A stretch of DNA of 64,000 nt, taken from Lama guanicoe (taxonomy: Eukaryota). The DNA is taken from contig MU053810.1 in assembly GCA_013239625.1 (NCBI GenBank), positions 3,876,071-3,940,070 on the forward strand. Direction: 5' to 3'. The notes beneath the pieces are model-generated. The model searched no databases, was not told the origin of the DNA, and was given only the letters and a program-made list of their open reading frames with translations. A program made the position numbers and the translations under genes. Positions 41,782 through 56,145 of this stretch are shown here, in pieces (position 1 is the stretch's first letter; every line of letters starts with the position of its first letter).

Positions 41782-43204
41782 TTGTTTTCTTTCTGAAACA
41801 CAGATCTGATCTTGCCCCAACGTTCAAAGCTCCCATCCACTCAGAAGGCAACTCAAACTCCTTGGCATGAATAACAGCCCTCCAAAATATGCCCTGCTTC
41901 TCACCACCCTGTTCCCACAAACCCTCCAGCCTTAGCAAGTTGCGTGCATGCCCCCTTCTCACATTCTGGCTCTTCCCACCTCCCCTTCATCCTTTCCTGG
42001 CTAATTCTAACCTCTCTCCTGGGACTCAGCTCAGTGTCCTTCCTCCAAACTTCCCTGCTCCCTTACAGCCCAGGCTGGGTGTGCCCCCACAGCAGCTGAT
42101 GCTGCTGTGTCCTGATGCCAACCACACCTGGGCTGCGATCTCTGACCACTGGCCTGTCCCCTCAGAAAGGAATTCACAGTGTAGCCATAGCTGGGACACA
42201 GATTCAGCTGTCATTAGATTACTGAAATTCAAATGTAAAATTTACTGAATCCCATACACAACAATGCTGAGCCCAGGACGATGGCCAGAAGTCATCCTCC
42301 CCAAATTCAGTTCCATCTTCAGCTTGTTTTTACTTGCACCAGGGCTGAAAAGGAGACCCTGTGGCTCATCCAGAGGCTCCAGAGCGGCGCATTACCGTTC
42401 TTCCATCTTTTGCTTACTCCTTCCACACACCCACACTTCCTCCTCTTCCTGCCCCAACACAAATTCTCACCACTTAGTCTCACCGGATTCCACCTCAAGC
42501 TGTACGCACCCCAGTCACAAAGAGCTCCACAAGTGGACCTGACACTGTGCAGCTCTTCCCCCCCAGCCACCTGGAAAAATCAGTTCGAGCGCAGGAGAGT
42601 GAGATGGGTGCGGAACTGCTGAAGTCTTTCCAGACCCTTCCAGGTCAAGCCCAGCATCTCTTCTCTATGTACGTCCTTCTGTTACGGTCCCCATCACACT
42701 GGCCTGTGGGTTCTGTCCCTCCCTCTAGACTAGCTCTCCTCCACAACGGGACTCTGTGTGTGTGTGATGTGCGTATAAAATTTTTGTATCTCAGCAGTGC
42801 CTGGTGCTCAAAGGCATCTACCAAACATGCCAAATTAATTGATTTAGCGAAGGATACTGGAAACAAACCAGGAAATATCAGCCCCCATTTGTTCAACAAT
42901 TCCTGATCTGCTTTTCAACTGATGAAGCTCTCTGACGTATGTTATCTCATTCCATCCACACAGTGAGCCCATGAGACTTGGGAAGAAAGAGTCGAGAAGA
43001 AAGGGGATAAGGAACAGGATAAGGGGCTGTAGTGTCAGAAATAGAAGAGGAACCCAGGGTTCTAGATTCCTTGTGCTCAATACCAAATCGGGCCTATATT
43101 CTTGGCCTTGGTGGAGGCCCAGTGCATATGAAGGAAAAAAAACCAAAAGAGCCAGAATCCAAAAAATGATCAAACAGACTAGGGGTCTGCTATATTTATC
43201 TAGA

Positions 43205-43700
43205 ACAGAGCTGTCAAATAAAAATATAATGTGACTCACAGACATAATTTGGAACTTTACAGTAGCCTTGTTAAAAAGGTAAAAGAAACAGGTGAAATTG
43301 ATTTTAATATATTTTATTTATCCCAATAGGTACCCAAAATACTATTTCAATGTGTAATAATCAATCTTAAAAACCATTAGTGAGATATTTCACATTTCTT
43401 ACAGTACCTAAGTCTTTGAAATCCAGTGTGATTTTTCACTTACTGTGCATCTCAATTTAGGGGCTAAAATTCCACTGGAGATACTCAATTTATATCTAGA
43501 TTTCATTAAATATACAGGTAAAAAAGTAGATTCACATATTCGAGTTATTCAAAACATACATGAAGGTTTTTCACTAACTGAAACAAATATCAATTTCTAC
43601 ATTAAAATTAAAACTAAATATAATTAAAATTCCACTTCTCAGCTGTACTAGACCCAAGTGTTCAATAGCCACGTGTGGCTGGTGACAACCACTGGGCAGT
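43205..43700. mobile_element. hAT-Charlie (MER3/MER33-like) DNA transposon relic
   Basis: cagagctgtcaaata...tcaatagccacgtgtggctggtgac ends typical of the MER3/MER33 family; family assigned from memory. Confidence 0.65.
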
Positions 43701-45010
43701 GCGGAGCTAGAAAGCTCAGGCAGCATTTAATAGAAATATTTAAGCTCACACAGGGTCTAACCAGCCACTCGATAGGGATGTTTCTTTCTAATCAATGGCT
43801 TAATGGTGAGACTTTTTGCTTTAATTTTCTTGAACTCTCCCCAAAGACTAGTAGGCTCACCCAACTCATCCCTACCAGTGACAGTACAGAATGAACAGCC
43901 TGGCAAACATTTGCATAAACCGAGATGGTTCCCTTGCAGGTGATTAATTGAAACCAGAAACCTGAGATCTCATTCTCACTCTCAGAAGTTGATGCCAAGA
44001 AGGTTAAACTTTTCTGTTCACAGACTCTTGTTATCTTGGTAAGAATGGCATTTGCACTGTCACCATTGAAAATAGGATGAAGCACAAGAAAATGACATCA
44101 CGTTGTAGAAGCCTGTGATGGATTCAGTGACGACAGAAAACATCCCCCAACTCTGACCCATCATGGGACGCAGTTCTTTTAAAAACAGTTCTTGGAGGTA
44201 ATTTTATCTAAAACCTAAGAATACCTTCAACTGTAAAATCAGGTTGAAATCTGGATCTAAACTTAGTCACACGAGCACTAGACGTGAGGCTAGTGTGACT
44301 GAGGAATTGAAGTTTTATCTAATTTTAATTAATCTTCATTAAAAAATTGATATTCAATCCAGTTACTGGAAAGCATTTACATTTATTTGGAATAATTCAG
44401 GGATGTAAATCCACATTTTTATCTGTAAATTTTATGAACTCTAACTACATTCTCATTCTGTGAAGCACTCATAGAGCATTTTTATAAGTATGCCAGACAC
44501 TGTGCTGAGCGCTGGGAGGATACCAGAAACTGAGAGACAGTGCTGCCTCTGGGTCACGGGGCCATCGCAGGACAGCCTGACCATCACAGGCAAGGGTTTT
44601 GAAAGCTGCCACAGCTGCAACACTTGTGAGAACGAAGGAAGCACAAAGCAGGAGCACCTGACCTGTGGGTGGACCTGCCATGGTCCGGCCCATCGGATGC
44701 ACCAGGAAACACCAGAAGAATTCCCTGCTCTAAATAGAGATTACCTGGGTAACACAAACCCAGTCCATTTATATACAGGAAAATGAACCTAAACCAACAT
44801 CTAATTGGAAAATAAGACTGTTTATTCTTGATAACATAATTTTTCCACAAGCACATCTCTGGACTCCTATGTTACATGATTTTTCAATTTCTCACAATCA
44901 ACAAGGTAGGCATGCCTGTCACACTGGGACTGTGCAGGCGTTTAATGCTATTGAAGACATGGGTTTAAATCTCTATGCAACCCAAATCAAAGAAAACAAT
45001 AATTCATTTT

Positions 45011-45241
45011 CAATTGAAGTATAGTCAGTTTACAATGTTGTGTTCATTTCTGGTGTACAGCACAGTGATTCAGTTATATATATAATACATGTATGTAATT
45101 ATATATATAATATATATATAAAATACATATATATATAACTTTTTTATAAACGTTTTCATATTCTTTTTTCATTATAGGCTATTACAAAGTAGTGAATATA
45201 AGTTCTCTGTGCTACATGGTAGGATCTTGTTTATTTTATAT
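45011..45241 (-). mobile_element. L1 3' end with a TA-rich tract
   Basis: tacaatgttgtgttcatttctggtgtacagcacagtgattcag motif; near-perfect TSD agaaaaca(a/t)taattcatttt at 44990-45010 and 45242-45261. Confidence 0.8.
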
Positions 45242-45433
45242 AGAAAACATTAATTCATTTTTAAGCTGGAATCCTTTTTCATTACTAGAGATCCTACCCA
45301 AATAATGGGAGAGACTAAATACAGAAGTCAGCTTTTCTCTGCATCACAAGGGGGACACAGTGTTATTTCACCAATTATGCTGATATTTCCATTTAAAAGA
45401 GTCATCCATCAATGTAAAAAAAAGTTACAGTAC

Positions 45434-45492
45434 CTTTTTAATGGTTTTATGATCCTGTTCTGCCTTCTCTTTCAGACTTATAATTTCATCTT
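45434..45492 (-). CDS. C10orf67: C10orf67-like exon (E)DEIISLKEKAEQDHKTIKK
   Basis: tttgtttacag|AA...AAG|gtactg, 59 nt, phase 1 to 0. Resembles human [20 protein letters not shown]. Confidence 0.9.
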
Positions 45493-46476
45493 CTGTAAAC
45501 AAAAGGAGAGAGGGGCCAACCATGAAATTACAAGCTTATGCCCCTGTATTCAATCTGCCTGCTTCAGGGCAGGCTGTACACCACTGGCAGGCATGGTGGA
45601 CGCAAGTCCTAGCAGGACTGTGACCTTCACAACTGCCCTTGACATTCACAGCCTTCTTCCTGCTGTTCAGACGGCTGGTCAGATAGGGATTAAGAACTAA
45701 GTTCAAGATCCAAGTATGGCTGAGGATTGCAAGCTTTTCACCGAGACCAGCGATGGACACTTCTGCTGTTAGTCACAGCCAATACAAACTACTTTAGCAG
45801 GTGGCACTTATGACTCAGTAAGAACCACCCAAACCTGAAAAAAGCACTGTTACATTGTGTCAGAAGAGAAATGAAACTACACTGGCTGGTATAATTACAT
45901 ATTCAAGGAATACAGTCCTGCATCTGACTTTATCAATGTTTTGCTATAAGTTTTCTATTGCTTACTCAGAGCTTTTCATTCTGCAGATTAAGGGCAAAAT
46001 TATATAAACAACATAAATATAAAGAGAACAGTACATGTCAATACTTTAGAGCACTCTAACTTTGATGATGTAAATGCAACATTTACCAATGTTTATGGTA
46101 TGTAAAAAGAAGGGGCGGGAGGGTTCTACAAATGGAAATTGGTACTTAAAATTTGTCCCTAAAATTGAAGGTAAAGTAGTAAACAGTATGATATTTTCTG
46201 AAGGCTAACTCTGTTTCTCCACAAAGCATATCCCAATATGTATGCTTAAGTATTAAAATGTTACACATTTTTAGATAATCGATTAAGCACATGAAACAGA
46301 AGTCAGCAAAAGTTTGTTTATAATATTTCTAAGCGATGTAGAGCACTGATTAGCATATTTTTTCAAAGGCCAATACTTGGCTTAAGAAATAACCACCCTG
46401 AGTTAAAAACGTGTGGCTAGGGGAGTACGACCAAGTTCCGTTCCAAGAAAAGAATGAAAATCAAAAATGACTATCA

Positions 46477-46737
<261 letters not shown>

Positions 46738-49700
46738 CTAAAAGATGGAGAATTCCATATTTCTAAGCCGGGAGCCAAGGATTTAAATATGCAACACAAG
46801 ACAATACAGAGACACAAGAGCTATCATATAATTTTCTGAATTCTATTACACACTTATAATATGAATAGTAAAAAGGAAGGAGACTAAATGGAGCTTGCTG
46901 GAAGAAAGGCTGCAGTCCGTTCTGTACAAAGACCACAGCACATGGGGACAGTTTATTGACAGGAATAATGCATATCATACTGTTTGTGTGCCCTCATCAT
47001 TCAGGTCAATTCATTATGGAGGCTGTGTCCGGGGAGGCAGCTGGGGCCCCTCCACCCACCCTTCCCTCTGTGTGCATCTGAAGTGCTGTCCGCGCGTAAC
47101 TAGGCAGGCCGCGGGGACCGCGGACGGGCAGCGCCAGGGGGTGGCAAAGCGCATGGCTAGGGAGGGGGGCTTGTTGCCTTTGTGGCATTTCCCAGTGTCA
47201 GCGCTGCCAGTGTCAGGAGGAGCACATCACATGTCAAAGTGGTGACGTTTCCAGGCTGGGAGCCGCATGGAGTCCATCAGGCACACGGATATCCACACAG
47301 TTGGTTTTCTGCTGGGTGGAGGAGCCACCCAGAGGCAATTCATATTCTGAACATTAACATGGCTTTGCATGCCTGTCACACTGGGACTGTGCAGGCGTTT
47401 AATGCTATTGAAGACATGGGTTTAAATCTCTATGCAAACAGTGATTACCTTGTAAGAAGGTTTCAGGATAACTTCCAACAAAAGACTTTTAAAGTTATAG
47501 TTTTAGTAAAGCAAGCTCATTTACATTTTTATTATGTGTGTCTTTTGTTTAAATCTTGCCATGTCCATTATGGGAGAAGCTTTTTCTTACACGATAGAAG
47601 CTTATTGGGAAAGCTACCCTCCTTTTCTTCTTCTCATCTGGTTCAAAGCTATTGAAAACATCTGAATATACTTGCTTATGGCTGTCTAGATTTTCCTGCC
47701 ACACACTGTTTTTTTAAATCAAGACGTAATGAATTGGAGAAGCTGGTGCAAAACTTTATACTTCATGATGGTAACATATTAAATTGATTATGCAATTAAA
47801 TTTATTATTTCAAAATATTAAAGTGCCTGCTTGAAAGTCATTATATTGTTACGCTAAAAGAGACGTGTCTATATATGCCTTCCTTCAAAATTAATATAGA
47901 CACTAGAAGTACTTTTGAACTTTAATCTTGAGATGAATTATAATTTATTTCTTGTAGCAATGCTATGATTGCAAATACACAAGAATAAAATCTCCTCTTG
48001 AAAATAAAATCATCTCTCCCAAGATAACTGGTGTCTTTTTGAACCTGTATTTTATTTAACTCTAGAGATATCTGAAAGCAAATTATTAAAATGTTTTCCT
48101 CTGTGGTCATAATGGTTTGAGAGAAAAAATGAGTAGTGACAGTGCTTTGCAGGACATTCATAAACCCTTAAAAAACAAGTGACTTACTACTGAAGTTAGT
48201 TATGTCAGCATTAACACTTAATGTTAAATTTTGCACTAAGCCCGATTATGAATCTTCACGATTTTGATTCACCATTCCACTTAAATTGTTTGAGCCCAAT
48301 TCATTCTTAATTAATGAGAACTAACAAAGGTAAAAGCTAAGAAACTATGCTGTTTTCTTAATAAAGGAAAAATCCCAGTCATTAGTTTCCTATCCCACAT
48401 GGTTAAATTTGAGAACATCACAGAATGTATTTATAGACTAAAAAAGCTTTTTAAAAAACAAACAATATTTTCCTTAATAGACTGAAGTGTAGATTTCCTA
48501 ACAGTGGCAGAAAATGAACACCCACAGCGGATTAGGTGAGCACCCCCATTACTGTTAACTAAATACGAACTATTTAAATTAATCAGATGAAGTATAAAAA
48601 TTACAAGTGACAGCAGCTAATACCTAAATGGTATTCTAAAAATCTCATAGAAAAGCAGGAAACAGGGAAACATGTTCAACTCAAGGCTTTTGTTATTCCT
48701 CCCCCCACAAATCCACCAACAGCCCCTGTTCTGAGAGGTTAACCTTTAGCTCTGTCCCCACCATCTGTCAGCTGCAGGAACTGCAGGTCATTAACTATTC
48801 AGATTCCCACAGCAATGAGGACACTCATTAGCAAAATGAACAAAGGGATAGTTCTGGGCGGCTACGGTCATCTGTTACACTTTGAGTGGCAGGTTTTGTG
48901 GTGGTGTTCCTTCTACCATCTGCCCATACCACTAACTTTGCCTGACTTAAACCATGAGACTTCTGTAAAATGAACTGCGTTAATAAATGAAAGTTAAGAA
49001 GGATGGAGATCATTAAAAGGGGGTTAACTAGTTTAAGCAATTTCAAGTCACATTCTCGTCAAAGACAGTTTGTGTGGGACCCATGATCACTCTTGAATTT
49101 TACATTCATAAAGTAACTTGCCAATTTAGAGTTTTCCTCTCGTGCAGTGAGAGTTAGGACTTTCAGGTGGTGGCTGACATGGCATTTCTCCTGTGAACAG
49201 TCACGAGATGTGCAGTATCACTGTTTCCGGGTTTCAGAATTCCAAACTGAGTCATCAAAGAATTGTTTCTGAAGACAAGTGCGGAGTCTGAAGACTCGAG
49301 CCTTGCTAGAATGTGGTCCAAGCACCAGGAGACTCAGCAGCATGTGGGAGCTTTTGGGAAATGCAGGATCTCAGGGCTCAGCCCAGACCTCCTGTCAGAA
49401 TCTGTATCTTAACAAGAGCTGCAGGTGACCCCCCTACACACAATAAAGTCTGAGCCGCACTGTTTGGAGCACCACATGTGCCCTCCCAGCAGTCTCCCTT
49501 CTGCCACATTGGCGTCTTAATTCTGTAGGCTCCACGTAGAGGACTCGGACATCTCAATTTGATGGTGGGGTTGCGGGGGAGTGTGTGGAGCAGTCCCGAT
49601 GTGTGCCCATGCTGCATGACAGTCACAGAGAAGAGCAGGTGCTTCCCCTGTGAGTGACAACCAGGAAAGCAGCACACTAGGCAGTGCAGCCCTGCAGAGC

Positions 49701-50400
49701 TGCCACTCTGGAATGACAGCTCTGTTTCCGAACTGTCAGCCACAAGCAGCTACGTTCACCTACGAGGGTGGGAGTATGGGCGATGGTCGCACAGTGCATC
49801 CATGTTGGGGTAGGAAAGAAAACTACAAAGTTTTTCCAAAATGACCACTCTGCAATGGAAAACATGCCTGTGCACAGAAAGACAGACACACGCTAGTAAT
49901 TATCAAGAGGATTTATCAACATACAGCATGACAACCTGGTAACTACAGCGGTATGCATTAAGTCATAGTGGCTTTTCACAAAACCCAAAACCCAAAAGGC
50001 ACTTGAAGGAAGTTGCTCTTGGGGAAAATTCAGCATTAAGGATGTTCTGACCTGGAGAGATGGAAGCTTCTGTAACTTGAAGAGCTTCTTTTTTCCGATT
50101 TCCATTTTGTCATAAATAGAGGTTAAACTAGCTGTTTATCAAACTTTCCCTTTCCTATCACAGTCTTAGATTTCTCTAAAATAGTCCTGGAGAGATACTA
50201 TGACTATTAATGACAAAGCAATTTATGGAACTGAACTATGAGTAAGAAAAAACTAGAGCATGTCCTCACTGATTATTCAATTTGCTTATTTCACGTTTTC
50301 TTCAAGCGATTTCCATTGCCACTTTGAAAATTTCTAATTGTTTCTCCAAATCTAATCTCAGATACCAGGCGTCTCTGGGTTTTTTTTTTTCTTCCTAACA

Positions 50401-50414
50401 CCACTAGAGGGAGC
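50401..50414 (+). promoter_or_regulatory. Candidate CTCF motif
   Basis: ccactagagggagc versus core consensus CCASYAGRKGGCRS; motif match only. Confidence 0.4.
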
Positions 50415-52664
50415 AGCTGTATTAGATGAAATTTCTAATTTAAAAGGGTACAGCACCCAGAACTTGAGTGGCACGGAGTTCTGGGAAAGCTAGAGGATTT
50501 CTAAAACGTATTTTTCAGAAGTTGATTTTTATATAAGCCATGATCCACCTCTGCAGCGTTCACATCCCAAATGCACATTAGCTCTGCTCTGCACTGCCCT
50601 CAGGCAGCCTTTGTTTTATTGGGGTCCTAAGGAGTTGGGAGAGATGTCCAATGACCAGTTATCAGGAGTGTCTCACTTCTTCAGACCTTAGGGTGTTTAT
50701 AGAAATACTGATGTGTCGTCCTTGGGGACAAACTGCAGTAGAACAACCAGGTCTTCAGGAAGGCAACCTGAGCCAGGGAACAACACCCTCCCTGCTTGTA
50801 GAAGAGCAGGGTGAGTCTCCTACGTCTGGTGGTCCTCACCAAGCCTCTGTCCGTCTTCCAGGACATCCAGACAGACCAGCTAATGGGTTGAGGACACTTA
50901 GAGGTATAAACACGCCAAGAAAGACCTCCTGTTTTACTGGAAAGAGCTCAATTACTGAATTGGGATGTTCTCAACAGTCTAGATGTCTGTTCAGTGCATT
51001 TCATGATGTGTAAACCAGATGGTCGTAAGAACTAGTGTATTTCCTCATAATGATAACTCGAATTTATATGCATGCCTTTCCTCAAGAAACTCAAAGCAGT
51101 TCACATTCAATATGACAGGTCTCCTCCTCATACCTCTGTCTGTTGGCTAGGCAGGTATCACGGCCCGTTTCACAAATGGGGAATAAATGCACCAAAATTG
51201 CCCTGCCAATCGATGCAGGATATCGTTAGCCAAGGCAGGATTCAAAGCCAAAATTATTACAGCTTTTTTTGCCCTTTCTATTACATAATTTTCTCCAAAA
51301 AATAAGAGTAAATGTAGACCCAAGAAAAGAATGGAAAAATTGGATCCTCCAAGGCAATCAGAACATGTAAAATGAAGTAATATTCAACTTTATTAGATCG
51401 ACAATCATACTACTTAATACTACATTGCTTAGAAGCAGCTCCAAGTTTTTTTCTTTAAACACAAACAATAATCCTAATAGATTAAAAAAAAAGCAAACAC
51501 CCCTTCAGCAGTTAGTAAACAAAGTCCTTTAGAATGGTGCAAGTTCAATTCCTTAGCTCTTCTAACTTTGGAGTTTTGAATAGCGTGGGATTTAGATAAA
51601 GCACAGATTGCACTTAAAGGGCCCAGCACCCACAAGTGTTTCTTCCTAGTGTTAACACTTTGATGTATAACTTCTCAGGTTTTTTTCTGTATATGTTATA
51701 CGCATGGCTCAATATTTATGTGTGTATATGGACATGCATTAATATATTGTACATTAATTATAATGACATTATGATATAAATATATACAATAATATAATCC
51801 CTTATATATTATAATGTATATATACACAAATAAACTGCAACCTTTCATTCTGACTATAGACGATAAAGCCCCACCTCCTTATGTGGTCCCTTGGATTCAG
51901 GTGAGGAGGTCCCCCTGATGAGGTACCTGAAACCTGCTAGTTGATACTCAACAGATTGCTATTCTCTGGCCTCTCGGTTAGCCTCTCCTACTCAGACAAT
52001 CCACTTCTTGCTCTTAGAACCTAGTAACAAAAATCCCTCTGGCTCTGGACTGCGGTTGGGCCAAGACAGCCAGTGGCTCAGAGCTGACTTGAGATGGAAA
52101 TGAACTTGCCCTCAGAGTCCACATTTTTCCAGATCCTTAAAAGTCTCCTCCTTGACAGACACCTAAGCTCTCCTTTCTCACCTATCTTCCCATTTCTGTT
52201 CTCATCAGTCTTCTGTCTGAGCAGGAAAGCCACTCCTGGCTCCCACTGCAACCGGGAGAACAGGGTGAAAACCCTCTGAGAATTTTCCTTGCGGACAGTA
52301 TTTCTACGTAAGATCATCTTGCGCCAAGTTTGTTTCTTGGAAGCTTTGAGATTATTTTGTGTCTTTCGAATTGTCTGGACTGCAAAAAAGGGTGGGAATC
52401 TTCAGAATTAAAACAAAAATCTATTCACAGGCTCCTCTCGTGTGCGATAATTTTTGCAGTGGGAGATAGGTTATTTTATTTCCATTATAAATAAAAGTTG
52501 AGAATAATTATATTACTCCTATTTATAATTATCATGGGTTTTCTAGAATGTGCTGTTGAAAAGAAAAGTGTTGGACTGGTTTACGCTGTGGAGAGATTCC
52601 CAGTTGATTTTATCAACTGTAGTTCCTCTCTCCCTAACGCAGCTTGTAGACAGTTGTAACTTTA

Positions 52665-52916
<252 letters not shown>

Positions 52917-54017
52917 CTATTTCATGTTTTATTCAAGCTTCTGTCTTATAAAGTTACTTTTGCAAGTTGCACATGTCTTAGTAAACAACTATATTTATAT
53001 TGAACAGTAATGGAAAACAGCACAGTATTATTTTGTGAAACACAAAGCATGGTGTCTTTCCCTAACTGCATCAGCTATGCAAATGATAATAATAATAGGG
53101 AATCTTAATTGTAAATCCACATCATAACGGTGAATGTCCAACTTCAATCCTCCTCTAGAAAGGAAGCTAGCAAAAAACTTTTAATATGTAAAAAGGAAGT
53201 GAACTTCGGTGGTGTAGTCAATTCCCTCAATGGTTTGGAACAGAGACGTGGATACTTACTTCCAAGATATAAAAATCCCATTTTCAGCACTGACACACAA
53301 AACCATACTGTCCATTTTGGGCTCTTTTGGGAATTATGGGAGAACTATTTTATTTTTTATCACTTGTTCATTACTAAATACATTTGGACACATGGACATA
53401 TGAGAAATGTAGTAAAACCTAACCATATCTGCTAATATACTTAATATTATATTTCAAAGAGCTAGATTTACAAACTAAAATTGTTTTACTGGTATATAAT
53501 GAGTATCAGCAGACTGAAAAGAAGAATGTTATATTGAGGTAGCGTTAAGAGTCAAGCTAAGGACATAACACTGACATAGTCTACACAGCACCAATGGAAA
53601 AAAATCAGTAAATGAATATGTAGTCGAATTAAAAAGAGTGAAAACAGAACAATCCATATGACAATATTCCCTTTTTAATTGGGTGATTTTAAAGAACAGT
53701 GTTAAGTACACAGACCTGTTCTTCATATCTTTTCTTTTCTAGGTCTACAGATCAAATGCTCTGCAGAGGCCAAGAGAGTTAACCCACTAGTGTCCTGAGC
53801 ATAAGTTACTGGGCATCTCAAATTCAACAGGTCCAAAGAGCAGTCACCATCTTCACACTCCTCCTATCTGCCTCCCCCATAACAGCAGCACAAGCCGGAA
53901 TCCCATTTTCTGTCATTTTAAGCCCCTTCTACTCCCTCACTAACTCACCAAATTTGCTCAACCCACCCCCAAATCACTCCCGAAATTACCCTCTCCTTCC
54001 CTGTTCCACTCCCATCC

Positions 54018-54293
54018 TGTTACCAAAGCAAAACATGCGCAGTAAAGCCAGCCTACTGACGCCAGGTTGTGAAGAAAAGTGCAGCGTTTACTGCAGGGCA
54101 CCATGCAAGAAGCCTGGGACAGCCGGTGCTGAAACACCCGGACTCCCCATCGACTTCAGGAAAGCATTTTTAAAGGCCAGGTGAGGGAGGGGCCTCAGAT
54201 ACTGTTATTTAGACACTTCAGGGAGGAGCTGAAACAGAGGATTCAGGGAGGGGTCTGTCCCAGGAAGGCCCCAGAGGGTCCTGATTGGTTACA
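54018..54293. mobile_element. Probable solo LTR
   Basis: TG...CA ends with short inverted termini tgttacc/ggttaca; flanks atcc/atca. Confidence 0.55.
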
Positions 54294-55774
54294 ATCATCA
54301 TCCCTGTCTTGCTCACCTGGACTATTGCAACAGTCCTTAACTTACCTCCCTGCATCTTCGTTTGTCCTCTCCAATCAATCTCCAGCCTGTGGCCAAAATG
54401 ACCTTTCCTAAACTGCAACTCTCCCCGGCTCCCACAGGGTAAAGTCTAACTCTTAGCATGATGGACAAAACTGCACCCCTCAGGGCCTGCTGCCAGCTCA
54501 CCTGGCTCCTGTTTCGTGCTAGCCTTCTCTCCCTTTCCCCACCAGACTGGGCATCGTACCGGTGTTGGCACGCAGCACACCATTTCCCGGAAGCACGTGG
54601 TGATCAGGCCTCCGTGCCTCTGCACTTGGAACTCCTAGGCCAGCTGGGGAGCTCTTACTTGTCAGTCTCCTGAATGGCATTAGAACAAGGGGGCCTGGGT
54701 CTGCAGACCGGCTCTGTCACTTAGCAGCTTTGTGACCTTGAAAAAGTTTCTTAAATCCCTCGCCTCAGTTTTATCATCTGTGAAATGGGCCAAATAATAA
54801 TGCCACCTGAATTGCCATGAGAATTCAGTAAGATAATGCATGTAAACAATTTTGGATGGTGTCTACAGCGCAATTTGCTCCCCATCTGTGTTTTATCTTA
54901 GCATTTGTTGTTCTTGTTACTGTTTGTCATTCAAACCCAGATGCCACGCATTCTGGGAAGCCTGAGCACCACTCTCCTACCCATCCCCCTTCTGGTGCTG
55001 GCTTCTTTCTATACCTTATAAACATTCTTTTGGGGTCCATTTATTTATTGCTTGTTTTTTGCTTACTAATTTTTATGTTCTGAATATGATGGGTTTATTT
55101 TCCTCCTAAAAAAACAGCAGAGCAAAGATGCATCCGACAAGCTGGCCAAATCATCTCCTTGATGACACAGCATAAACCATCCTGGGGGAGTTCATTTAAA
55201 ATCCCACCAGGACTGTGCTGAGACACTGCACACATCCCGCTGTGCTGGGCCTGCCTCTAGGGTGCGCTCAGCCCCTCTGGACTTCAGGGCAGGGAGGGCC
55301 ACAGTTCTTCAGAAGAACAAGAAGTTTCAGTTTTGACATTACAAAAATTAATCGTTCAGGCCCAAACACATTGGATTCACTTCTCTTCATCTTCCAGAAT
55401 GTTTCTGATGTTTTACTAGTGTTTATCGAACACCCTGGACTCAAGAATAGGTAAGCAGAAAGCAGCTGGGTTTTTTTTTTCTCACCACCCCTCCAAATAT
55501 AATCTCCTGCCTCATGTTTTTCCTCTTAGAACTCTCAGAAAAGTTCCATGTCTTTTTTTTAAACTCTCAGCAACAAAATTGAATTTAAAAAAAAGGAAGA
55601 AAGCAAGAGCCAAAAAACCCCCCAAAACCCCCTAGCTCAAAATCCCCAAATCCCAATCCAGCCTACTCTTCCTACCCATCAAAGCTCCTGACCTTTCCCA
55701 GTTCTGGCCTCCCTTAGATTGGCAGCCTTCAGGGAAGGAGAGCAGTTGGGCCTGGCTTCGCTTTCTAACATCCA

Positions 55775-56145
55775 GAGATTTGGTCAAACACCAGCCTAGA
55801 TGTTGTTATGAAGGTACTTTTCATGTGAGATTAACACTGAAATCAACAGACACTGAGTAAAGCAGACTACCCCACTGCAGGTGGGCCTCATCATATCAGT
55901 TGAAGGTCTTCAGAGAAAGACTGAGGTCCCTGGAGGAAGAGGGAAGTCTATCAGCAGAGTGTCTTCGGACTCAAGCTGTAACATCAACTCTTCCCTGGGT
56001 CTGCAGCCTGCTGGCCTACTTTGCAGGTTTCAGACTTGCCAGCCCCTACAAGCATGTGAGCAAACTCCTTAAGATAAATCTTTATCTGTCTCTTTCTGTA
56101 CATACATCCTATTGGTTGTCTTTCTCTAGAGAGTCCTGACTAATC
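55775..56145 (+). mobile_element. MLT2-like (ERVL) LTR fragment
   Basis: tggtcaaacac...gagtaaagcagact...gtgggcctcatc...ctattggttgtctttctctagagagtcctgactaat. Confidence 0.75.

Noticed and set aside
53716..53744. Micro-exon DLEKKRYEEQ on the minus strand
   Set aside because: Weak splice sites, phase incompatible with the expected upstream junction, and no similarity to the recalled protein.
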